This document shows, one piece after another, positions 38,992 through 51,899 of a DNA stretch of 64,000 nucleotides. The notes beneath the pieces are model-generated. The model did not search any database and was not told where the DNA came from. It saw only the letters and a list, made by a program, of their open reading frames with translations. This DNA is from Octopus sinensis (taxonomy: Eukaryota). A program made the translations under genes and the position numbers. Location: NCBI RefSeq assembly GCF_006345805.1, contig NC_043001.1, positions 39,804,001 to 39,868,000 on the forward strand, in the 5' to 3' direction. The first letter of the stretch is position 1; each line of letters begins with the position of its first letter.

Positions 38992-39489
38992 AAATAATTA
39001 AATTTAGAAAAATTCGAAGAAAAGTTTCTTTAAAGGAATATTTCTATAGTAGTGTTCAGATATAAGTGGCATTCTGCCTTTCTCTGACTCCCTTGTTTGC
39101 ACTTGTGTGTTCGAGGTCGTTGTGAGTTCTTGGAAGGGTAGGAGAAGAAGAAGGCTGATGTGGAGAGGGGGTGGGAGTGGGAAAATCTGGGAGTGCCCTG
39201 ATGGTCGTATTTTGAATGGTCAGTGGCGGCCAGCAGTCGCAGTCCAATTCAGGAATTGCTTATGGAATTTGCGTAGGCGTTATACTAAAAGACATTAGTG
39301 ACAAGGTTAAGGGGTAGAAGGTGGAGAAGTAGAAGAAGAAGAAGATGACGATGTTGATGATGATGATGAAGAAGAAGGAGAAGATGATGATGATGATGGT
39401 GGTGATGATGATGACGACGATGATGATGATAATGATGATGATGAAGAAGAAGAGGAAGAAGAAGAAAAAAAAATAACTGGAAAATAACT

Positions 39490-40735
39490 TCTTCGCCTTC
39501 AATGACAACTTCTACCGACAAAAATCGGGGACTACGATGGGTACACGAATGGCCCCCTCCTTTGCCAACCTAGTCATAGGATATCTAGAGATCAGTCTGT
39601 ATCGTAAGGTTCTAGAAAGATATGGCAGCCCTTTCTCCATCTACATAGAAAACAACTGGAAGAGATATCTAGATGACTGTTTCATTCTTTGGCATAAAAT
39701 ATAGAAAAACTCATAGAATTCCAGGAAATTTTAAACGGACTGGACGTAAACATCCAATTCACGATGGAATATAGCCAGCAACAACTCCCCTTCCTCGATA
39801 TCCTCATTAAGAAAGCTAATAATATAATAGAAACAGACATATACTATAAGCCTACAGACTCTAAGCAATATCTTCCATTCAATTCATGCCACCCCAGACA
39901 CACCAGGATGAATATCCCCTTCAATCTAGCAAAAAGGATATGCACTATAGTCTCTAACGCAAACACCAGAGACACACGACTACAAGAACTAAAAGATACC
40001 CTTATCACCAGGAACTATCCACCTTCACTTATTGACAAGTGCATTCAACGTGCCCTTCAACTTAACATCAAGGAACTGAGACATCCCAAATCAAAGAAAA
40101 ACTTACAACCAAAAGCCTTACCATACATCTCCACACACAACCCTCTCAGTAACGAAGCCTTCGGCACCATCCTCCACAACATACCCCTCCTAAAAAAAGA
40201 CCACAGAATGAACACAATCCTCCAAACACACACGATCATAAAAAGCAAAAGACAGCCTAGATCCATGAAAAGTCTTCTAACACAAGCCCGAATTCACTCT
40301 TCAACACAGAAGCCGACAGTAAAAAAATGTGGAAGACCCAATTGCGGGATATGCGACTATCTAATTGAGGGATCAGAGTTCTCCTTCAAACAGGGACAAC
40401 GGTTTACAGTGAAAAGCAACTTCACATGTGCTTCGGAGAACCTAATATACTCACTAACCTGCTCCGGGTGTCAAGAGCAGTACATAGGCCAAACAAAAAC
40501 TAGTTTGCGTAAACGAATGGCCCTGCACAGATCCCAGATAAAAATTCCCCAAAACAGAAAAATAGCTTTTAGCCAACACATAGATACTTGCGCCAACAAA
40601 AAAACACCAAGCTTCAGGATTTTCCCCCTCTACCAATTTAGGGACGATACAACCTCGAGACAACGAATAAGTAAAGAAAATCTCTTTATTACAAAATACA
40701 GGCCACTTCTTAACGGGTCTACGACAAACAATTAA
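39490..40735 (+). pseudogene. PLE RT C-terminal half, Cys-linker and GIY-YIG endonuclease; one frameshift near 39700
   Basis: GTTMGTRMAPSFANL, RYLDDCF, CGRPNCGIC, NLIYSLTC...YIGQT (ORF 39764..40735). Confidence 0.88.
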
Positions 40736-41348
40736 TATACCTCAACTTTAGAATAAAAGAAATATATACACACACAAATATTACATTCCATAGAATCCAT
40801 TACTAATCAGCCCCATCACAGCTATACTTTCACCCATTCATATTCTCCCTTCTCTGTTTTTTTTTTCTTCTTCTTCCTCTTCTTCTTCATCATCATCATT
40901 ATCATCATCATCACCACCATCATCATCATCATCATCTTCTCCTTCTCCTTCTCCTTCTTCTTCTTCTTCATCATCATCATCAACATCGTCATCTTCTTCT
41001 TCTTCTTCTACTTCTCCACCTTCTTCCCCTTAACCTTGTCACTAATGTCTTTTAGTATAACGCCTACGCAAATTCCATAAGCAATTCCTGAATTGGACTG
41101 CGACTGCTGGCCGCCACTGACCATTCAAAATACGACCATCAGGGCACTCCCAGATTTTCCCACTCCCACCCCCTTTCCACATCAGCCTTCTTCTTCTCCT
41201 ACCCTTCCAAGAACTCACAACGACCTCGAACACACAAGTGCAAACAAGGGAGTCAGAGAAAGGCAGAATGCCACTTATATCTGAACACTACTATAGAAAT
41301 ATTCCTTTAAAAAAACTTTTCTTCGAATTTTTCTAAATTTAATTATTT

Positions 41349-41401
41349 AATCGTTACAGTTGAAAAGGTCTCAAAATGACCGAAACCGGTACTGAAAGAT
41401 T
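41349..41401 (+). ncRNA. Hammerhead ribozyme motif, U3-A8 variant (right arm copy)
   Basis: CAG-TTGAAAA-GGTC tcaaaat GACC-GAAACCGGTA-CTG: 4-bp stem II, palindromic ACCGGT stem III, GUA site; stem I extends to AATC/GATT. Confidence 0.7.
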
Positions 41402-41443
41402 CACTATAAAATTATTTTAGCATTTTCTATTTTTGACTTGTTT

Positions 41444-41493
<50 letters not shown>

Positions 41494-41909
41494 TTTGGGT
41501 ATGGTAGACGAGTTCAGCAAAAATTAAGATTCATATGAATATGGTACTTAAGATGCGGCACCAGAATTTAGTACGGTATTATCCATACAATTTCAAAGTA
41601 AGGTGATTAAAATCAAAATAAGCAACAAGGATATCCAGAGGTAATGCAGTACGATCGTTTCATGCAACTCCATTTAATTGAACAATGCAATCATTACATG
41701 AATTTAAAATGTAGAGCAATCTTCAGCTGCACAAGACATAGAATTTAATTAAATTTTAACAATGGACACAGTATAATTATACCTAAAATCTCCAAGAATT
41801 TAAGGAGATAGACAAAGAACATGTTGTCTCTACTTCAGCATAGAAGTTACTAAATTTATCAAGAAGACACATTTATATACATACACAAACACACACACAC
41901 ACATGCACA

Positions 41910-41993
<84 letters not shown>

Positions 41994-41997
41994 ATAG

Positions 41998-42573
41998 TCC
42001 ATATACAGTTGCGGCCAAAATGTTCAGAACATCATTGTTTTCGTCAGAAAAGTAAGTATAAGTTTTTATCAGCAATGGAAGGAGGACATCAAACAATGAT
42101 GATGATGATATATATTATGTGTATATAATATTTATCTATATCTCTCTAGCTACATACAGTGGCGGCCAAAATGTTCAGAACGGCATTGTTTTCGTCAGAA
42201 AAGAAGTAGGTATAAGTTTTTATCAAAGTTGTTTTATATTCTATAATTTTCACAGACAATAAATACGATATTATTTGTTATTGCCTGAGATTTTGGTGTA
42301 ATTTAAGAGCATAATACAAAAGTTATGGATGATTTAAAACAACTTTGATAAAAACTTATACCTACTTCTTTTCTGACGAAAACAATGCCGTTCTGAACAT
42401 TTTGGCCGCCACTGTATGTAGCTAGAGAGATATAGATAAATATTATATACACATAATATATATCATCATCATCATTGTTTGATGTCCTCCTTCCATTGCT
42501 GATAAAAACTTATACTTACTTTTCTGACGAAAACAATGATGTTCTGAACATTTTGGCCGCAACTGTATATGGA
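41998..42573. mobile_element. Tc1/mariner-type MITE with doubled termini forming an apparently perfect 239-bp-arm palindrome
   Basis: Arms 41998-42236 and 42335-42573 identical by eye; each holds two TA-CAGT(T/G)GCGGCCAAAATGTTCAGAAC ends. Confidence 0.8.
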
Positions 42574-43576
42574 AACACTTTTCTATACGTCGCACCAGCA
42601 CAGTGTAGACTGGTTGCTTTTTAAGTGGCACAAACACTGACAGGATCACCAAGTATTTTGTAAGTGGGCTGGGGGGGGCATTGGAGGAGGTGATCTTTTG
42701 TCAGCTGATGAAAGTATGACAAAAAGACAGAGACAGAAACAGATGTCTTGCTGCAGAGGAGGTAAATTGTTACCCAGCCAGATAGGAAGAGAGAGAGAAA
42801 GTGAGAGAGAGAGAGAGAGAGAGAGAGAAATGAGACAGAGAGAGAGAGGGTTAATGATAATGAGGGCAGAAACAGATGTGCTGCTGTAAAGGAGGTACAT
42901 GGTTACCTAGCCAGAGGTAAGAGCAAGAGAAGGAGGAGAGAGAGTGATCAAGAATGAGGGCAGAAACAGGTCTGCTGCTGTAGAGGAGATTCATGGCTAC
43001 GCAGCCAGAGGGAAGAGTAAGGGAAGAGAGAGAGAGAGAGAGAGAGAGAGGGGGAGACAGCAAGAGTACAAGAAAGAGTAGGAGAGGGATGGTGGCAAAG
43101 TGCCAGGGTATACACGTAAGGAACAGGGATCAGAGCATTGATGCAATGGTAGAGTAAGGAAGAGAAAGATAAATGGTGACAGGTGCCAGGTCATAATATA
43201 TGTGACAGAATATTGCCATGAAGGCATAAGTAGGGAGTGGGGGTAGGGAATACTATGACTGGTGAGAACCTGCATATACAGAGGGTTGGGGAAACTAGCA
43301 AACAGTGAGCAGTGTAGTGAGGACAGGATGGGGGAGTGGGAAATCATAGTGGATGAAGAGGAAATGTGAGGAAGGAAATAGGTGCAGTTTGGGAGAGGAG
43401 ATATATATATATATGTAGGTCCCGGGTTGAGTCGGGGTTAACCACAGTAAATAAGGTACTAATACATAGCAGAGTAAAGTACTTTATTTTATAGAAGGAG
43501 CTTCTACAGGACTAGAAGCTGAGCTTCCTGAAGATTTCATCTGAATGAAACAGTTCTAGTCCTGTAGAAGCTTCTT

Positions 43577-43659
<83 letters not shown>

Positions 43660-43750
43660 CATTGTGTAAACAAATTTATATACATATATACACACAAATG
43701 AATGACCCGTCCTTGTTTTTTGTATTGTTTTGTGTTCTTGTCCCATTTTG

Positions 43751-43815
<65 letters not shown>

Positions 43816-43870
43816 AAATATATATATATATACACACACACATATATAAAATATATACATAGACACATAA

Positions 43871-43912
<42 letters not shown>

Positions 43913-43913
<1 letters not shown>

Positions 43914-45010
43914 CAGCAAATGCTCAGGTGCAATAAACACTGAAAATGTCCAGAAAACAGCTTCTGTCACATTCCAGGGGGAAAAACTACAACTAGTTGA
44001 TAGCTTAAGTCAGTAGCAGGATTAGATGCTCTGAGAGTGTAGCTGCTAGAATAAGAATAGCCTGGGCAAAGTTCAGAGAGCTCCTACATCTGCTGGTGAC
44101 AAAGGGCCTCTTGCTCAGAGTAAAATGTAGACTGTATGATGCATGTATGCAAGCAGTCATGCTACATGGCAGTGAAACATGGGCTGTGACTGCTGATGAC
44201 ACGTGTAAGCTAGCAAGGAATGAAGCTAGTATGCACTGCCCGATGTGTAATGTCAGTGTGCATGCATGACAGAGTGTAAGTGCCCTGAAAGAAAAGTTGG
44301 ACATAAGAAGCATCAGATGTGGTGTGCAAGAGAGATATCTGTGCTGGTATGGTCATGTGTTGTGTATGAATGATGACAGCCGTGTGAAAAAGTGTCACTC
44401 CTTAGCAGTAGAGGGAACCTGTGGAAGAGGTACACCCAGGAAGACCTCGGCTGAGGTGGTGAAGCACGACCTCTGAACATTGGGCATCACCGAGGAGATG
44501 ACAAGTGACCAAGACCTATGGAGATATGGTGTGCTTGAGAAAACCCAGCAAGCCAAGTGAGACCGAAACCATGGCCTATGACAGTGCAGCATAACCAGCC
44601 CATTTAAGAGTACTTTTCAATCATTGGGCAATAAATTGTGCTTGCAAAGACCTGTTGAGGCAAGTGAAGTTGTTGTCATAGCCAATGATAGTGGCATTAA
44701 AAAACACCGTTCATGTATGGTCAATGCCAGTGCCACCTGACTGGTTCCTTGCTGGTGGCACGTAAGAAGCACCATTTGAGCATGGTCATTGCCGGTGCCA
44801 CCTGACTGGCTCCCATGCCGGTGGAATGTAAAAAACACCCACTACACTCTCGGAGTGGCTAGCATTAGGAAGGGCATCCAGCTGTAGAAACTTTGCCAGA
44901 TCGGATTGGAGCCTGGTACAGCCTTGTGGCTTGCCAGCTCTCAGTCAAACTGTCCAACCAATGCCAGCATGGAAAGTGGATACTAAACGATGATGACAAT
45001 GATGATGTTG
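43913..45010 (+). mobile_element. RTE-clade LINE 3' part
   Basis: Same RT-thumb region and 3' UTR as 48840-49888; GAT tail. Confidence 0.85.
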
Positions 45011-45065
45011 ATAATGATATATATATATATACATATATACAGACATATAAACAAATATACATATA

Positions 45066-45114
<49 letters not shown>

Positions 45115-45191
45115 TAGCAGAAGTGGGGAGAAAGAACCTTGTAAACAATGAATAAAATAAACATGAATATATATGTATATATCTATATCTA

Positions 45192-45253
<62 letters not shown>

Positions 45254-45278
45254 CATATATATATACACACACATATTT

Positions 45279-45322
<44 letters not shown>

Positions 45323-45334
45323 GTATGTATGCAT

Positions 45335-45377
<43 letters not shown>

Positions 45378-46289
45378 CTTACATATGTAATGTGTGCAGT
45401 TTTACATAAGCTACTGTGCATTTTTGTGAGGTGGTTGAATAGACAGAAAACTTCCAACTTTAAACAGAATACAAATTTAAACTTTAGTAGTTGGATAATA
45501 GAAATTGCAAAGTTATACTTTGTTGGATTTAAGCTTCACATGAATAGTAAACAATATTTACTTACCGACAACAAGCCTTACATTTACATCGTATGGTGTA
45601 AAAGTTGATGTGAAACGGATCTAAAACTAAACCAAGCCAGTTCAGGATATCAGAATATGTTTTTTTCATTGCTTACTTTTAGGACAACTAATTGTTTTAC
45701 ACATGTTATCTACTTTTCCCTCTTGCCTCACTCAAAAATGTTCACTGTTCTACAACTGTCTAACCAATTACATTAAGCAGAAAATTAAGCTGAAAGCAAT
45801 TCAGATTTGAAAGTCCATTTAGACTCTTCTACTTTCACTTCTTTCTTTTCTTTCTTGTTGTAATTTATTCTCCTATCTTTCTTGCACTGTTTTCACTTCC
45901 ATTGCACAGTATAAAGAATGAAAGAATTGGGAATGAAAGAATTTACTACAAGAAGGTGGAAAGAGAGAGAGAGTTGTAATTATTGTCTCTCTTTTTCCTA
46001 TCTTTATTTTTGGCTCTCTAATTTCGTTTTTTGTTCATCCTTACTCTTTTCCATTTTTACAGTTTGCTGCAAAAGAGATACATGACTTCCCCAGCTGGAA
46101 AGATGGCAGTGATAAGATGTCAGGGCATACCTTCAAGGCACAAGGAAGTGAATCAAAGAGAGACTAGGAACAGGGGAGTAGGAAGGGTGGATGGGTAAGT
46201 TCACATGAGTATGAAAGAGAAGGACAAATGGATGGAGATGGGAACAAAGGTGAATGTAGTGGATGGTGAACATGGGTGAAAGCATTCAA

Positions 46290-46620
46290 TGGTGAATTTC
46301 AGTCAGGGAAAGAAAAAGTATGTACCATCATAGAAGTCAGCTGTTCTGCTGATGTGAATATCTCTTTGAAAATGAAAGTGAAAGAAGATAAGTATGAAAA
46401 CTGCTTCAAAACTTACAGCTTCTCTATCCAGATTACAAATTTACATTTGTACCAATAATAATTGGAGCACTTGGTTTTGTAAGTAAATGCCTAACTGTCA
46501 GTCTGGATAAGCTTGGATTTTCAGAAAAAGAAATGAACCAACTGATTTACACATTTCAAATACAATCTGTAAGCAAAAGAGTAAAACTAAGCAATTTTTT
46601 CTCAGGTTTAAAATGTGACA
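46290..46620 (+). mobile_element. RLE-type LINE C-terminal fragment
   Basis: KEKVCTIIEVSCSADVNI...KEDKY and FVPIIIGALGFV. Confidence 0.6.
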
Positions 46621-46839
46621 TTGTTTTCATTATCTACATTCCAAAGATGGAGCTTTGTATCTTTGTTAGAAACCAGCTCCTTTTTCAGAGGAAGAATTTA
46701 AAAACAGGACAGACTGACATGTATGTTTGCATGCATATATACGTACATGCATGCATGCATGCATGCATGCATACATACATACATACATACATACATACAT
46801 ACATACATACATACATACATACATACATACATACTAGAC

Positions 46840-49800
46840 CTCTGATGAGGAATGTTGCATATTTAGTCTGGGAAAGTATTCACTTAGTATATGATGAATA
46901 CTCTTTCCAAAGACCTCATATTTGTGGCTGGAGACTTTAATGGGCATGTTGGGCGGGAATCTGGTATCTTCACTGGGGTACATAGTAGCCATGGTATTGG
47001 CACCCGAAACTATGAGGGGACTAGGCTACTGGAATTCTGTGATGCATATAACCTTTTAATCTGCAACACTAACTTCAGGAAGCCAGACAGCCACCTTATA
47101 ACCTATCAATCAGGGGACTCTGCTAGCTAGATTGATTTCATTCTCACCAGACAGCGGGACACAGGGTTGCTCTTAAATACAAAGACCCTCCTGGGTGAAG
47201 AATGTACTCCACAGCATAGGCTAGTCATTAGTGACTTTAGGCTCAAGACCAGAAGGATACCAAGAAGCAGGCCAATCCAGAAAAGAAGGATTTGGAAGCT
47301 AAAGAACCCTTCACATGGTCAGAGATTTAGGGACATCCTCATCAAGAAATTTGATGAGAGGGAGGAGGACCTACAGACATTGGACATAGAAGGTAGCTGG
47401 AAATTCCTATGGGACAGCTTACTGAGTGCCACAGACCAAGTCTGCGGATGATGCAAAGTCCCTTCCAGACCCAGAGCTACATGGTGGTAGACAAAGCTGT
47501 TAGGGCAAAGAAACAGGCCTGGAAAACCTGAAAGGATAGTGGTAGCAGGGAACGGTACCAGGTAGCCAGAAGGGAGGCTGGGTGGCAGGTATACATAGCC
47601 AAGAGTAAAGCAAAAAAGAAGTTTGCGAATGTCCAGCAATGTGAGGACCAAAGAACTGGGTATTTCAGATTGCAAGACAGTGTGTGAGAGAAAATTGTGA
47701 TGTCACAGGAGCGAAATGTGTCCGCATGGATGATGGTGCACTTGCTCTTAGTGATTCTGAAAAGAAAGAGGTGTGGAGAAGCCATTATGAAAGACTGCTG
47801 AATGTGGAGAATGAATGGGAGGAGGAGAGCCTGCCAAATGTTGACCCAGTAGAGGGACCAGCTATCCCAATAGACAGCTCCCTAGTAGATAAAGCAATTA
47901 AGAGTATGAAGCCAGGAAAAGCCCCTGGCCCATCAGGAATCACTGCTGAGATGCCTAAAGCATCTGGTGGTGTGGGCTATGGCCTAGTCACCCGCGTTGT
48001 AAACCAGTTAGTACATAACAGAGTCATACCCAATGACTGGCATAGCAGCACCATAGTCAACTGCTACAAGGGTAAAGGTGATACTCTAGATAGAAATAAC
48101 TACAGGGGTATTAAACAGCTGGATCAGGTGATGAAGGTCACAGAGAGGGTCATAGCCCATCTCATTAGGGAGAGAGTCTGCTTAGATGAGATGCGGTTCA
48201 GTTTTGTGCCATGTAGAAGCACCACTGATGCCATATTCCTGGATCGACAACTGCAGGAGAAATATCTAGCTAAAGATAAAACCCTCTACTTAGCTTTTGT
48301 GGACTTGGAGAAAGCCTTTGACAGGGTCCCCCGATCCCTTATTTGGTGGGCAATGCGGAAACTGGAGATTGATGAATGGTTGATAAGGGCTGTACAAGCC
48401 CTATACAGAGAGGCCGTTAGTAAGCTTAGGATTGGCAACGAGTATAGTGAAGAATTCCAGGTAGAAGTAGGGGTCCACCAAGGTTCAGCCCTTAGTCCCC
48501 TTCTTTTCATCATAGTCCTCCAGGCAATAACAGAGGAATTCAAGACGGGTTGCCCCTGGGAGCTCCTCTATGCTGATGACCTGACCCTCATAGCAGAATC
48601 ACTACCGGAACTAGAAAAGAAATTTTGGGTGTGTAAGCTAGATTTAAAATCAAAAGGCCTTAGAGTAAATGTAGCAAAGACCAAAGTTATAGTAAGCAGA
48701 AAGGTGAACTCATCAAACACCCGCTCACTTAGGTGGCCCTGCTCGATCTGTAGAAAAGGTGTAGGTAGAAACTCCATAAGATATACCCAATGTAAGCTAT
48801 GGATGCATAAGAGGAAAACTAACTGAGAAGATAGCTTTCATGTGCAGCAGATGCACAGGGGCAATAGACACCACAGATACTCAGAAAACAGATTCCATCA
48901 CACTCCAGGGGGAGAAACTAGAAGTAGTTGATAGTTTCCGCTACCTTGGTGATCAAGTTAGTAGTGGAGGTGGATGCTCAGAGAGTGTCACCACTAGAAT
49001 ACAAATAGCCTGGGCAAAGTTTATAAAGCTTCTACCCCTACTGGTGACAAAGGGTCTCTCGCTCAGAGTGAAAGGTAGATTGTACAATGCATGTATGCAA
49101 ACTGCCACGCTTTATGGTAGTGAAACATGGGCTGTGACTTCAGAGGACATGTGTAGGCTTGAAAGAAATGAAGCTAGCATGATCTGCTGGATGTGTAATG
49201 TCAGTATGCACACACGACAGAGTGTAAGCGCCCTGAGAGAAATGCTGGATATAAGAAGCATCAGATGTGGTGTGCAAGAGAGACGTTTGTGCTGGTATGG
49301 TCATGTACTGCTGATGGATGAGGAGAGATGTGTGAAGAAGTGCCACTCCCAGACAGTTGAAGGTATCAGGGGTAGAGGTAGACCCAGAAAGACTTGGGAT
49401 GAAGTGGTCAAGCATGACCTTCAAATGTTGGGCCTCACAGAGGCAATGACGAAAGACCGACATCTCTGGAGATATGCTGTGACTGCAAAGACCCAACAAA
49501 TAATGTGAGTTCATGGTTGCCTCCTGCACCAGTTTCACATAGCCCCAGCCCTTGGATTGCAGAATGACCTGCTGTGTTTAAAAAAGCACCATCCGAACGT
49601 GGCCAATGCCAGCGCTACCTTGACTGGCTTCTGTGCCGGTGGCAAGTAAAAAGCACCAACTGATCATGGACACTGCCAGCCTCCCCTGGCACCTGTTCCA
49701 GTGGCACGTAAAAAGCATCCACTACACTCACGGAGTGGTTGGCATTAGGAAGGGCATCCAGCTGTAGAAACACTGCCAGATCAGACTGGAGCCTGGTGCA

Positions 49801-49888
49801 GTCTCCTGCCTTCCCAGATCCCGGTCAAACCATCCAACCCGTGCTAGCACAGAAAACAGACATTAAACAATGATGATGATGATGATAA
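46840..49888 (+). mobile_element. Longest RTE-clade LINE copy (APE-RT-PHD-like finger-3' UTR), disrupted
   Basis: VAGDFNGHVG, IDFIL (APE); ORF 47684..48826 with DLEKAFD, HQGSALSP, LYADD; ORF 48840..49508; (GAT)n tail. Confidence 0.95.
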
Positions 49889-50546
49889 ATTATCAGCCTT
49901 GTTAAATGGCTCATTATTCTCCTGATTATACACACTGGAAAAGCATTTTATTCACATTCACAGTGAGATTCATCTCAAACATGAATTTATCTCATAGAAA
50001 TCTATTACAATATGGCTAGAAATGACAAAATTAAACTAACCAGAGAAGAGTTGAAGATATATTTTGAGGAAAAAGAATTCTACTTAGAAAAATATTATTA
50101 CAATCAAACACCTGTTTGCACTTAACAAATGTTATTTGTTGGTACAATTATTCTGTTGTAAAATAATTTAGTCCTCTAGGAAGTCCATTCCTGTATCATT
50201 TCATTGTTTCCATTTAGTCAAAAAAGATCTTTTACTGTATTAAGTAGATTATTATTATTTTCAAACAAGAGCATTTAGCATCCCTACTCAGCTCAAAACA
50301 ATATATGGACACAGATCATGTCATATAGCCAACTGGAGACAATGTCTCCTGGGGCTAAATTACAGCAACATTCATCCTAAACCAGGACTACCATGTTATG
50401 TTGGCAAATTTATCTTTACTCTTGTTGAGAGATTTAAATAGTAATTTTCTATTTTATAGGTCAATGACTAGTTATCACTTTGAAAACTATATATTTCAAA
50501 CAGGAATTTGGCAGTGCTATCTCTAGCTAAACAATTATTCTGTGCT

Positions 50547-51800
50547 GATGGCCCTGCTCGATCTGTAGAAGAGGCGTAGGTAGAAACTCTATAAAATGTA
50601 CCCAGTGTAAGCTATGGACACATAAGAGGTGCAGCAATATCAAAGGAAGGCTAACTGGGAAGATAGTTTTTGTATGTGGCAGATACAAAATGAAAATGTG
50701 TGGAGAACAACTTTGCTAGAATAAGAATAGCCTGGGCAAAGTTCAGAGAGTTCTTACCTCTGCTGGTGACAAAGGGCCTCTCACTCAGAGTAAAAGGTAG
50801 ACTGTATGACGCATGTGTATGAACAACCATACTACATGGCAGTGAAACATGGACCGTGACTGCTGAGGACATGCATAAGCTCACAAGGAATGAAACCAGT
50901 ATGCTTCGATGGATGTGTAATGTCAGTGTGCATACTCGACAGAGTGTTAGTAGGGCCATCTACCTGAAGGGATTTGTAGTTTGCTTGCCTTCCTACTTAT
51001 TAGGACTTTGGTTTTAGCTAGGTTGACTTTAAAGCCCTTCGATTCTAATCCTTGTTTCCACACTTGAAACTTCTCGTCTAGTTCTGATAGTGACTCAGCA
51101 ATTAGAGCAAGGTCATCAGCGTAGAGGAGCTCCCAGGGGCATCCTGTCTTGAATTCCTCTGTTATTGCCTGGAGGACTATGATAAATAGGTGGTGGCTGA
51201 GGACTGAACCCTGGTGGACCCCTACCTCTACACGGAATTCTTCACTGTACTTGTAGCCAATCCTCACCTTACTGACAGCGTCCCTGTACATGGCTCGCAC
51301 AGCTCTCACCAACCATTCATCTATCCCTAGTTTCCTCATTGACCACCAGATAAGTGATCAGTGGACCCTGTCAAAGGCTTTCTCCATGTCAACAAAAGCC
51401 AGGTACAGAGGTTTCTCTTTGGCTAGGTATTTCTCCTGCAGCTGTCTTACCAGAAATATGGCATCAGTGGTGCTTTTCCATAGCACGAACCCAAACTGCA
51501 TCTCATCTAAACTGACTCTCTCCCTAATTAGTTGGGCTATGACCCTCTCTGTGACCTTCATTACCTGATCCAACAGCTTGATACCTCTGTAATTATTTGT
51601 ATCTAAAGCGTCACCTTTACCTTTGTAGCAGTTGACTATTATGCTGCTACACCAGTCATTGGGTATGACTCCTTCGTGTATCACCTGGTTAACTATACAG
51701 GTGACTAGGCTATAGCTGACACTGCCAAATATTTTGAGCATCTCTGCAGTAATTCCTGATGGGCTGGGTGTTTTCCCTGCCTTCATACTTTTTATTGCTG
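50547..51800. mobile_element. Rearranged RTE copy: segment 50547-50950 (+) inverted relative to segment 50951-51800 (-)
   Basis: Minus segment ends ...GRWP; plus segment starts RWPCSIC; GATGGCCCT occurs at both breakpoints. Confidence 0.8.
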
Positions 51801-51899
51801 TCAGGCAAAGGATTTTAATCAGAGTGTAAAATGAGACAAATATTGTTCCTAAGGCATACAGCATCAAAAATAAAACTTTTGATGCTGTTATTCCAAACT

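Larger units (their letters stand above)
38885..41455 (+). mobile_element. 5'-truncated Penelope-like element (Neptune-type) flanked by ~590-bp inverted terminal arms
   Basis: Arms 38885-39473 and 40857-41455 are reverse complements (mirror ORFs 39056..39247 and 41093..41284); RT and GIY-YIG lie between them. Confidence 0.92.
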
